This document shows, one piece after another, positions 56,369 to 64,000 of a stretch of 64,000 bases of DNA. The stretch is from an uncultured Flavobacterium sp. (lineage in GTDB: Bacteria; Bacteroidota; Bacteroidia; Flavobacteriales; Flavobacteriaceae), in assembly GCA_963511475.1 (NCBI GenBank), contig CAUPJC010000001.1, forward strand, positions 184,436 through 248,435. Reading direction: 5' to 3'. Below the pieces are notes generated by a model that worked only from the letters and a program-made list of their open reading frames with translations, had not been told where the DNA came from and searched no databases. The position numbers were made by a program, and so were the translations under genes. Numbering within the stretch: position 1 is the stretch's first letter; each line of letters begins with the position of its first letter.

Positions 56369-57691
56369 ATGTACAAGTTTTTGTTTTTAATTTTTTCAGG
56401 ACTGCTGATTATTTCCTGCGATTCTGATGTTGATGCAGGAGAGTTTGTTGTAGGGTCAGATTATTTGGCTCTAAAAAATAAAGTGATTTTAATAGACACT
56501 CTTACTGTGGATGTTTCAACTGTAAAGCTTGACTCTTTAGTTACTTCAGGCGGAAGCAGAATATTGGTTGGGAATTATGATGATCCTCTTTTTGGCAAGG
56601 TGAAATCAGACAGTTATTTTCAGGTTTCTACATCTTCTTATAATCTTTACAGTCAAAATTCAGATACAGATGCAACAGGATATGTTTTTGATTCCATTGC
56701 AATGATTTTGCGGTATGACGATTATTATTATGCAGATACTACAAAGGTTCAGACTCTAAATATTCATCGGGTACTGAAGAATTTTAAGCCCAATGTAAAT
56801 GATGCTAGTTTTTATAATAATTCGAGTTTAGGATATGATGATACCAGTCTGGGGACTATAACATATGAACCAAAGCCATTAGGAAAGGACAGTATTAATA
56901 TAAAAATGGACAATCAGTTCGGTATAGAACTTTTTAACAAGTTTAAGAATAATGAAATCGAAAATGCAACAGATTTTACAGATTATTTAAAGGGTTTTGT
57001 ATTAAAACCGTCTTCCGTTTCATCTTCCAGTGTAATTGGTTTTAACTTGTCCAGCGTACTTCGTTTGTATTATTCAAAAGGGAAAGGAGATACTGGAGAT
57101 GTCTATGAAATGGATTTTACAATATCTGATACCAATAAACAGTTCAATGCAGTTTCATCTGACAGAACGGGAACTTTAATCCAAGACTTACCGTTGTCCA
57201 AAATGAGTTTGTCTAGTGTCTATACTGGTAATAAAGGGTTTATTCAATCGGGTGCAGGAATAGCCTGCAGGGTAGATTTTCCAAGTATCAAGCAATTAAA
57301 ATATCTTGCAGAAAAAGGAGCTATTGTAGACGCAAAGCTGATAATAAGACCTATCAAAAACTCATATTCGGAGATGTTTCCATTGCCCGAAAATCTAAGT
57401 GTTTATGTAGTCGATAAATTGAACCGGTATAAATCAACATTGACAAATTCTGAAGGTGAAACTGTGGTTGCCACTCTCAGTCAAACAGCTGATGAATTTG
57501 ATGAAAATGTTGCTTATGAATTGTCTTTAGGTTCTTTTCTGCAAAAAGAAATGCTAAAAGAATCAGATTCTAAAAGCGGTCTGCTTTTCACCTTTACCAA
57601 TTTGTCAAAAATTGTAGATAGGGTTGTTTTTGGAGATCAAACCGAAAAGGAGAATAAAATGAAATTACAAATTTATTATATAACATATTAA
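56369..57691 (+). CDS. DUF4270-like surface lipoprotein (BamH-family candidate)
   Basis: Lipobox IISC followed by acidic DSDVD; IDTLTV, G.Y.DP.FG.V.SDSYFQ, FDSI...L, KL.IYY C-terminus. Confidence 0.75.
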   Translation: MYKFLFLIFSGLLIISCDSDVDAGEFVVGSDYLALKNKVILIDTLTVDVSTVKLDSLVTSGGSRILVGNYDDPLFGKVKSDSYFQVSTSSYNLYSQNSDTDATGYVFDSIAMILRYDDYYYADTTKVQTLNIHRVLKNFKPNVNDASFYNNSSLGYDDTSLGTITYEPKPLGKDSINIKMDNQFGIELFNKFKNNEIENATDFTDYLKGFVLKPSSVSSSSVIGFNLSSVLRLYYSKGKGDTGDVYEMDFTISDTNKQFNAVSSDRTGTLIQDLPLSKMSLSSVYTGNKGFIQSGAGIACRVDFPSIKQLKYLAEKGAIVDAKLIIRPIKNSYSEMFPLPENLSVYVVDKLNRYKSTLTNSEGETVVATLSQTADEFDENVAYELSLGSFLQKEMLKESDSKSGLLFTFTNLSKIVDRVVFGDQTEKENKMKLQIYYITY

Positions 57692-58927
57692 ATGAAAGCA
57701 AGTTTGCAGTTTTTAGTTTTAGTGTTTCTTTCTTCTTGGTCATATTCACAAAGTATTGCTACATCGCCTTATTCTCTTTATGGATTAGGAAGTTTGTACG
57801 AATCCAATTTTGGATTGACAGCAGGTTTAGGTACTGCTGGAATAGCGCTCCCGTCTGATGATTTTATCAATAATAAAAATCCAGCTTCTTTAGTTAATAT
57901 TCCTGCTAATAATTTCTTTTTTGAGATTGGCGGTACTGGAATTCAATCCTCTTTTGAAGATAATAGCAAAAAAGAAAACCGGAATAATTTTCAGTTTTCT
58001 CATTTTGCTTTTGCTTTTCCAATTAATAAAAAATCGGCTTTTAGTTTAGCGTTGATGCCTTATTCAAGTTCTTCTTTTAAAATATCTGGATTAAAAATTC
58101 CAATAATAGACGGCAATAATGAATACTATTATTTGGATGTAATCGGGACTGGCGGACTGAATAATTTGGATTTGTCGTATGCCTATAAATTAAGCGATAA
58201 ATTATCTTTAGGTTTCTCTGCTTCAGTTCTTTTTGGGAACACTACAGACGAAAGAACTTATAGCATTGGCAATTCAATTACAAGTATAGATAAAAAAGTT
58301 AATTATAACGGTATTCGGCCTGGTTTAAGTTCGCAATTTAAAATGAACCAGTCTCTAACTTTTGGAATGAATGTAAAATCTCCAACCCGTGTAAATGCAT
58401 CCAAAATTCAGTCAGTTACGGTTTTAAATGATTCAGGCACATCTTCCTTAGAGACCGATGAAAGATCAGATACGGATGATTTTTATCTGCCTTTAAACAT
58501 CGGTCTTGGGGTCAATAAATCATTTAAGAATAAATTGAATGTTACTTTTGATTATGAAAAAAGTTTTTGGGACGCTACAAACCAATCTGATCTGTATGGT
58601 GATTTTGCTGATCAGGAAAAATTTTCATTTGGGTTTTCATACCAAAAAACAAAAATATCACGAAATTATTTTGATAGAATAAAGTATGTAGCTGGTCTGC
58701 ATTATGATACAGGCTATCTAGAAGTGGACAGCAAAAAAATAATTGATAAAAATTTTTCTGTAGGAGCTTCACTTCCTTTAGATCATTTATCCTCTGCTTT
58801 ATTTATTTCTTATACTTATGGAAGTAAAGGACAGGTAACTAACTTATTAATTCAGGAGAATTATCATAAATTGACATTGAATCTTAATTTAGACGGCGTT
58901 TGGTTTGTTCGAAGAAAAACAGAATAG
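57692..58927 (+). CDS. FadL/OmpP1-like outer membrane beta-barrel (BamG-family candidate)
   Basis: Signal peptide, SPYSLYGLG, NNKNPASL, G.GGLN, terminal WFVRRKTE. Start abuts the upstream stop (TAAATG). Confidence 0.75.
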   Translation: MKASLQFLVLVFLSSWSYSQSIATSPYSLYGLGSLYESNFGLTAGLGTAGIALPSDDFINNKNPASLVNIPANNFFFEIGGTGIQSSFEDNSKKENRNNFQFSHFAFAFPINKKSAFSLALMPYSSSSFKISGLKIPIIDGNNEYYYLDVIGTGGLNNLDLSYAYKLSDKLSLGFSASVLFGNTTDERTYSIGNSITSIDKKVNYNGIRPGLSSQFKMNQSLTFGMNVKSPTRVNASKIQSVTVLNDSGTSSLETDERSDTDDFYLPLNIGLGVNKSFKNKLNVTFDYEKSFWDATNQSDLYGDFADQEKFSFGFSYQKTKISRNYFDRIKYVAGLHYDTGYLEVDSKKIIDKNFSVGASLPLDHLSSALFISYTYGSKGQVTNLLIQENYHKLTLNLNLDGVWFVRRKTE

Positions 58928-58928
58928 T

Positions 58929-59705
58929 TTAAAAATTCTTTTCTTCGACTCTATATTTATTCTCTAAGATTTCGCTTAAAACTTTTGGATTGGTATTGGT
59001 AAAAAAAAGCGGATTTCTATTTTGAATACTCGAAAAACCTGTTTTTTCTCTGAGTATATTTTGCGTTTGCTTTGCCACTGCCTCACCCGAGTCAATAATC
59101 TGAATATGTTCAGGAAGAATTTTTTTTATCTGCGGAATTAAATAAGGGTAATGACTGCAGCCCAATACTAAATAATCAATGTTTGCTTCAATCATCGGAG
59201 TCAGGTAGGAATGCAGTAATTCAGTCATTTCAGGAGAATCGATTTTTCCGTCTTCGATCAATTGAACTAAGCCATGGCCTATCTGTTCGATGATTTTTGT
59301 ATCTTGAAACTTCTCGGTTGTTTTATTAAAAAGTTCACTGTTAAGCGTTCCTTTAGTAGCCAATATTCCTATTGTCTGAGTTTTAGAGTTTGTTGCTGCG
59401 GGCTTTATTGCTGGTTCTATGCCAATAAACGGAATGCTGTATTTTGCTCTTAATTCCTGAATAGCATTTGTTGTTGCAGTATTGCAGGCTACGACAATTA
59501 ATTTGCATCCCATTTCGATTAATAAATCCGTGTTTTTCATGCTTAGCGCAATGATTTCATTTTTTGATTTCTGTCCATAAGGAGCATTCTTGCTGTCTGC
59601 GAGATAAATGGTTTGTTCGTTAGGCAATAATTCATGAATGGCTTTCCAAATAGAGGTTCCTCCTATTCCAGAGTCAAAAACACCAATAGGGTTGTCGTTT
59701 GTCAT
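58929..59705 (-). CDS. murI: Glutamate racemase
   Basis: IGVFDSGIGG, VVACNTAT, LVLGCSHYP. Confidence 0.97.
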   Translation of the reverse strand: MTNDNPIGVFDSGIGGTSIWKAIHELLPNEQTIYLADSKNAPYGQKSKNEIIALSMKNTDLLIEMGCKLIVVACNTATTNAIQELRAKYSIPFIGIEPAIKPAATNSKTQTIGILATKGTLNSELFNKTTEKFQDTKIIEQIGHGLVQLIEDGKIDSPEMTELLHSYLTPMIEANIDYLVLGCSHYPYLIPQIKKILPEHIQIIDSGEAVAKQTQNILREKTGFSSIQNRNPLFFTNTNPKVLSEILENKYRVEEKNF

Positions 59706-59816
59706 GATTTTAAGTTTAAACTAGAGTGTTTTTATTTTATGAGATGCTTTTTTTCTTTAGTAAGTTACTGTTGAAAGTAAGATTTCTAAGTTTAAATATA
59801 CTATATTTTATAGCGT

Positions 59817-59859
59817 AAAAAAAAACTGCTCACTCTAAATTATTTTTAGAATGAGCAGT
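59817..59859 (-). terminator. Intrinsic terminator of the bamA-skp-skp operon
   Basis: 15-bp stem ACTGCTCACTCTAAA / TTTAGAATGAGCAGT with one G-U on the minus strand and a U9 tail. Confidence 0.88.
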
Positions 59860-59878
59860 ATTTAAATATTTGTTTAGA

Positions 59879-60379
59879 TTAAAAACCTAAATCTTTTTTT
59901 ACGTCAACAGTAATGTTTGTTCCGTCAGCAAGTAAAAGAGTAGAACTGTCAAGTACATATTGGAATCCTTTTGCTTTACCAATTTTTGAAATAGAAGCTT
60001 TCACTTTTTCCATAATTGGTTTCATGATTTCAGATTCTTTATTTTGTAATTCTTTTTGAGCATTGTCTCTAAAGTCTACAATTCTTTTTTGCATATCCTG
60101 AACTTCTTTTTGACGTTCTTGATTTACAGCTTCAGTAACAGTTGCAGATTCAGCTTCGTATTTCTTTAATTTTGCTTGGTACTCTTCAACCATTTTTTTG
60201 TAGTCAGTGTCATAAGTTGTACCTAGTGTTTGTAATTGCTTGTTAGCATCTAATATAGCAGGCATTTTACCCATAATATCAGCTACATCAACATGAGCCA
60301 CTTTAGTTTGAGCGTTTGAAATTTGTGTAGCTCCTATAAATAGTATTGCAGCAATTAGTAAAGTTTTGAATTGTTTCAT
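59879..60379 (-). CDS. skp: OmpH/Skp periplasmic chaperone
   Basis: Signal peptide, KVAHVD, coiled coil, GFQYVLD...LL.ADG.NIT.DV. Confidence 0.93.
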   Translation of the reverse strand: MKQFKTLLIAAILFIGATQISNAQTKVAHVDVADIMGKMPAILDANKQLQTLGTTYDTDYKKMVEEYQAKLKKYEAESATVTEAVNQERQKEVQDMQKRIVDFRDNAQKELQNKESEIMKPIMEKVKASISKIGKAKGFQYVLDSSTLLLADGTNITVDVKKDLGF

Positions 60380-60422
60380 TGTGATAAAAATATTTAGTAA
60401 TTAATTAGTATTTATGTTCTTT

Positions 60423-61424
60423 TTATTTTACTTCATTTGCTTTTTTAAGCGCTTCTTTCTCTTGTATTTCTTTTAATCTTTTTTCTTCGAGTGCTTTTTT
60501 GTTAGCTTCTCTTTCTTCTAAGATTTTTTTTCTTTTTTCCTCTAAGGCTTTCTTGCGTTCCTCTTGGGCACTCGGTTTAACTTCTTCAGCTGCAGTTTTA
60601 GCAGTTTCTGAATTTACAGATGGAGCAGCTGTTTGTGTTTCTGTGTTTGACGGAGCAACAACTGTGCCATTCTTTTTTGCTTCTCTTTCAGCTAACAGCT
60701 GTTTTCTTTTTTCCTCGTATTTTTTTTTAGCCTCTTCTTGAGCTACTTTTTTATCAGCAACTAATTTTTCTCGTGCAGTTTGTTTGTCTAATAAAGCTTT
60801 TTCTCTTGCAGCTAGTTCAGGATTTTCATCTATTGCATCCTCTTTTTCTTCTTTAGCCTGTTCTTCTTTTAACTGTTTCTTTGTTAGCTGTTCTCTTTTT
60901 TCGGTTCGGTTTAATACTCGAATTACCTGATCACTGATGTCAAATCTTTTTGCTGCAAAAAGTATTGTCAAGTCTGAAGATTTGTCAAATATAAAATCGT
61001 ATTTCTTAGCTTCAGCAATATCCTGCACAGCTGTGAAAACTTGATCTTGAATAGGTTTTACCAAACCTGCTTTATATATCATCAGATCACCATTTGGCCC
61101 AAATCTTTTTTGCTGGTAATCTAATTTTTCTGTTTCAAGAAATTTTATTTCCGTTTCTCTCTCTTCAATCAATTCGGACGTCAATAAAGGTCTCTCAGCT
61201 TTTAAGGCCTCAGTTAGTTTATTGATTTCTATTTTTTTTGCTTCAATTTCCTGCTTCCATTTCTGGGCTTTTTGTTCCAGCTGTGCTTTAGCATCGGTAT
61301 AGTTGGGTACATTTTCTAATATGTATTCCATGTCAATGTAACCTACTTTATTTCCTCTGGTTTGTGCGTTAATTGCTGTTGAAACAATTGCGGATAAAAT
61401 TATAAATAAAAATTCTTTTCTCAT
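60423..61424 (-). CDS. OmpH/Skp chaperone with long charged C-terminal extension
   Basis: KVGYIDMEYIL...YDFIFDKS...DISDQV domain, followed by a Lys/Glu/Ala-rich tail of about 160 aa. Confidence 0.9.
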   Translation of the reverse strand: MRKEFLFIILSAIVSTAINAQTRGNKVGYIDMEYILENVPNYTDAKAQLEQKAQKWKQEIEAKKIEINKLTEALKAERPLLTSELIEERETEIKFLETEKLDYQQKRFGPNGDLMIYKAGLVKPIQDQVFTAVQDIAEAKKYDFIFDKSSDLTILFAAKRFDISDQVIRVLNRTEKREQLTKKQLKEEQAKEEKEDAIDENPELAAREKALLDKQTAREKLVADKKVAQEEAKKKYEEKRKQLLAEREAKKNGTVVAPSNTETQTAAPSVNSETAKTAAEEVKPSAQEERKKALEEKRKKILEEREANKKALEEKRLKEIQEKEALKKANEVK

Positions 61425-61459
61425 AATTTTTAATTTTAGAAATTTCAAACCAAATTTAC

Positions 61460-64000
61460 TTAAAATTGTTGGCCTATTATGAAATGCGTTTGCCAGCCAC
61501 TAGGCGTGACAGAGCCGTCAACAGGGTCAAATCCATAACCAAAGTCAATACCTAATAATCCAAATGCAGGCATGAATACTCTTAATCCAACTCCTGATGA
61601 TCTAGCTAAATTGAATGGCTGATAATCTGATAATGTTTTATAAGATTGTCCAGCTTCTGCAAAAGCCAAAGCATAAATAGAAGCTGATGCTTTCAATGTA
61701 ATAGGATAACGCAATTCTAATGAGAATTTATTGTAAATTGTTGCACCATATGCGTCTCCATTGCCGTCTGCTGGTGTTAAAGATGCATTTTCGTAACCTC
61801 TCAATCCTATGTTTTGTCTTCCGTCGATAGAACTTCCAGCCATACCATCTCCTCCTAAGTAGTATCTTTCAAAAGGAATAACGCCTCGGTCTTGATTGTA
61901 TGCTCCTAAAAATCCAAACTGCACTAAACTACGTAATACTAACTTTTTATATAAAGTAGTAAACCAGTCTCCAGTAAATTGAACCTTATAGTATTCCAGC
62001 CATTTGTATTTTTCCTGATCTACTTTTCCAGGATCGGCAACGGCATCTTGATAATTGCCTGGTTCTACTTTATTTGCTATAGTTCCGGACGAAGGCAGTT
62101 TGTCTAAATAATCACCAGAATTTACCACTTTATCATTATTATCTACATAAGAATTACCAGAGTAAATATACTTGTATTTTTTTTGATCGCCTAATGTTGC
62201 ATAATCGATTCCATTAAATAATGAATATGGAAGTGTGAATTCACCAGTTATTCCAAATTCAGCACCATACGTTGGGAATATTGGATTTAGTCCTTTGTTG
62301 TTACGTGTTAAACCAATATTGTAAGATAAATTTTTAGAACTTCCATTTGCAAATGTAAATAATCCATAATAGTAATTATGCAAATCGTATTGCTGGAATC
62401 TAAGCGATTGCGAAAGAGTGAAAAAATCATCTGGAACTGTAAGCCTTTTTGCTATACCTACAGATAATGACAAAATGTTAATGTATTTCGATTTATCAAT
62501 TCTTTGCGTTTGATAGTTAGAGCTGTATTGTTGGCTAAAAGCAAATGAACTGCTAAATGAAACTGGTTTTTTTCCTCCAAACCAAGGTTCTGAGAAAGAT
62601 AAACTGTAGGTTTTGTAATAGGAACTAGCCTGTAAACGCAATGCTACTTTTTGTCCGTCTCCCATTGGAAGAGGATGGTAGGCGTCTTTATTGAATATGT
62701 TTCTAGTTGAAAAGTTATTGAAAGACAATCCCAAAGTTCCTACGAAACCGCCTCCGCCATATCCTCCTTGTAGTTCTATCTGGCTAGCGCCTTTTTCTAC
62801 AACATTGTATTCAATATCGACTGTACCTGCACCAGAATCAACATTTTTGAATTTAGGCTCTATTTTTTCAGGGTCAAAAAAGCCTAATTGACCAATTTCT
62901 CGAATAGTTCTTACTAATTCTGCTTTATTGTATTTTTCTCCTGGTTTTGTTCTTAGCTCTCGATAAATAACTTCATCATTAGTCTTATCATTTCCAACTA
63001 CTGTAATTTTGTTAAAATAAGCAATTGGGCCTTCAGTAATTCGGATCTCAAAATCGATTTTATTATCAGTAGTTTTGGTTTCTACAGCATTGATATTAGA
63101 GAATAAATATCCGGTGTTTTGATATAAATTGGTCATGTCCTCACCGTCTGGTTTTGACTTGTCTGCTATTCTTTCCTGCAATAGTACTCCATTATATACA
63201 TCTCCTGTATTAATACCAAGCATGCTTCTTAAGCCTTCATCGGAATATACTGTATTGCCAATAAATTTAATATTGCCAAAATAATATTTAAGTCCTTCTT
63301 CGACTTTGATTTTAATGTAAATTGCATTTTTTTCTTCATTATAAGCCACAGAGTCACTTATAATACGTGCATCACGATACCCTATTTTTTTATAGTCATT
63401 AACTATTTTTTCTAAGTCTTCTTGGTATTTATCTTCAATGTACTTTGAACGCTTTAATATGTTAATTGGGTTTTTAACTTTTGTGTTTTTCATTGAACTC
63501 AAAAGTTTTTTGCTTGGAATTTCTTTATTCCCTTCAAAATCAATGTTGTATATTTTTATTTTTTCACCAACATCTACTTTTACAAGCATGTTTACCTGAT
63601 TGCTTGTTAAGGTATCTTTTTTTGTTGTTATGTAAACTTTTGCATTGAAAAAACCATCTTTCTTGTATTTTTTTTCAATGTAATTTTTGGTAGTTGTAAT
63701 TAAATTTTCGGTTACAATCTTACCGTTAGTAAGACCATTATCTTTAATAAAGGTTTCGGTTTTGCTTTTAGACACACCAACGAATTTTACTTCATTTATT
63801 TTAGGTAATTCTTTGATATTTAAGTCCAGAAAGATGCTGTCATTTTCTATTCTGTTTATGTAAAATGAAATCTCATCAAAAAGACCAAGCTTACCTAGTT
63901 TTTTTATAGAACTGCTGATTTGCTCGCCAGGAATTGTAATTTCCTGTCCTTTCTCTAAGCCGGCAAATGTAACAACGGTCTGCGGATTGAAACTAATTTC
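61460..64000 (-). CDS. bamA: Outer membrane protein assembly factor BamA (5' end outside window)
   Basis: POTRA repeats, GGYGGGG first strand, LRGY loop motif, terminal THFIIGQQF. The frame is open to the window edge (EISFNPQTVV...). Confidence 0.96.
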   Translation of the reverse strand, partial: EISFNPQTVVTFAGLEKGQEITIPGEQISSSIKKLGKLGLFDEISFYINRIENDSIFLDLNIKELPKINEVKFVGVSKSKTETFIKDNGLTNGKIVTENLITTTKNYIEKKYKKDGFFNAKVYITTKKDTLTSNQVNMLVKVDVGEKIKIYNIDFEGNKEIPSKKLLSSMKNTKVKNPINILKRSKYIEDKYQEDLEKIVNDYKKIGYRDARIISDSVAYNEEKNAIYIKIKVEEGLKYYFGNIKFIGNTVYSDEGLRSMLGINTGDVYNGVLLQERIADKSKPDGEDMTNLYQNTGYLFSNINAVETKTTDNKIDFEIRITEGPIAYFNKITVVGNDKTNDEVIYRELRTKPGEKYNKAELVRTIREIGQLGFFDPEKIEPKFKNVDSGAGTVDIEYNVVEKGASQIELQGGYGGGGFVGTLGLSFNNFSTRNIFNKDAYHPLPMGDGQKVALRLQASSYYKTYSLSFSEPWFGGKKPVSFSSSFAFSQQYSSNYQTQRIDKSKYINILSLSVGIAKRLTVPDDFFTLSQSLRFQQYDLHNYYYGLFTFANGSSKNLSYNIGLTRNNKGLNPIFPTYGAEFGITGEFTLPYSLFNGIDYATLGDQKKYKYIYSGNSYVDNNDKVVNSGDYLDKLPSSGTIANKVEPGNYQDAVADPGKVDQEKYKWLEYYKVQFTGDWFTTLYKKLVLRSLVQFGFLGAYNQDRGVIPFERYYLGGDGMAGSSIDGRQNIGLRGYENASLTPADGNGDAYGATIYNKFSLELRYPITLKASASIYALAFAEAGQSYKTLSDYQPFNLARSSGVGLRVFMPAFGLLGIDFGYGFDPVDGSVTPSGWQTHFIIGQQF

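Noticed and set aside
56399-56407. Extra GGACTGCTG copy matching the promoter repeat
   Set aside because: It falls in the coding sequence (Gly-Leu-Leu of the signal peptide) and is explainable by codon choice.
414-62891. Many short ORF-track entries nested in or antisense to long genes (e.g. 414-662, 702-1016, 11565-11939, 40673-41110, 42801-43205, 46654-46992, 48430-48768, 60499-60741)
   Set aside because: They lie entirely within well-supported genes, have no recognisable motifs, and look like reverse-frame shadows.
1-64000. CRISPR arrays, tRNA/rRNA genes, IS elements, prophage or defence genes
   Set aside because: No regularly spaced repeats, cloverleaf or rRNA signatures, transposase or integrase ORFs were seen, and intergenic gaps are too short to hide them.

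Overview
AT-rich Bacteroidota DNA, almost certainly Flavobacterium. This rests on TAnnTTTG promoter elements, no Shine-Dalgarno use, SprA/RemB and an ACIII-aa3 operon. It is mostly conserved core genome. In order: 5'-truncated infB, mtnN, a SPOR protein; the alternative complex III operon actABCDEF fused to cytochrome c oxidase subunits II and I; ruvB, queG, a CBS protein, maeB; ruvA-sprA, gcvH, vanZ, deoC, remB; a second oxidase cluster (ctaB, two subunit III genes, subunit IV, two SCO-fold genes, DUF420, a CAMC micro-protein); a DUF4403-like lipoprotein; a MacAB-TolC-like exporter with two permeases and two adaptors; tsaB, mscS, a 22-mer repeat protein, nfu, an orphan PorP/SprF, a gamma-carbonic anhydrase; then murI, two skp genes and a 5'-truncated bamA. 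The best candidate for an undescribed system is the divergent seven-gene module at 52072-58927. It comprises a LytTR regulator, a LytS-type kinase, a DUF4907-like protein, a Kelch lipoprotein and a small barrel on one side, and a DUF4270-like lipoprotein plus a FadL-like barrel on the other. It sits beside the bamA operon, and its shared promoter carries mirrored 21-bp-spaced repeats. I saw no tRNA, rRNA, CRISPR array or transposase. Family names come from motif recognition and memory, not database searches. Several starts were moved from the ORF track to more plausible codons.
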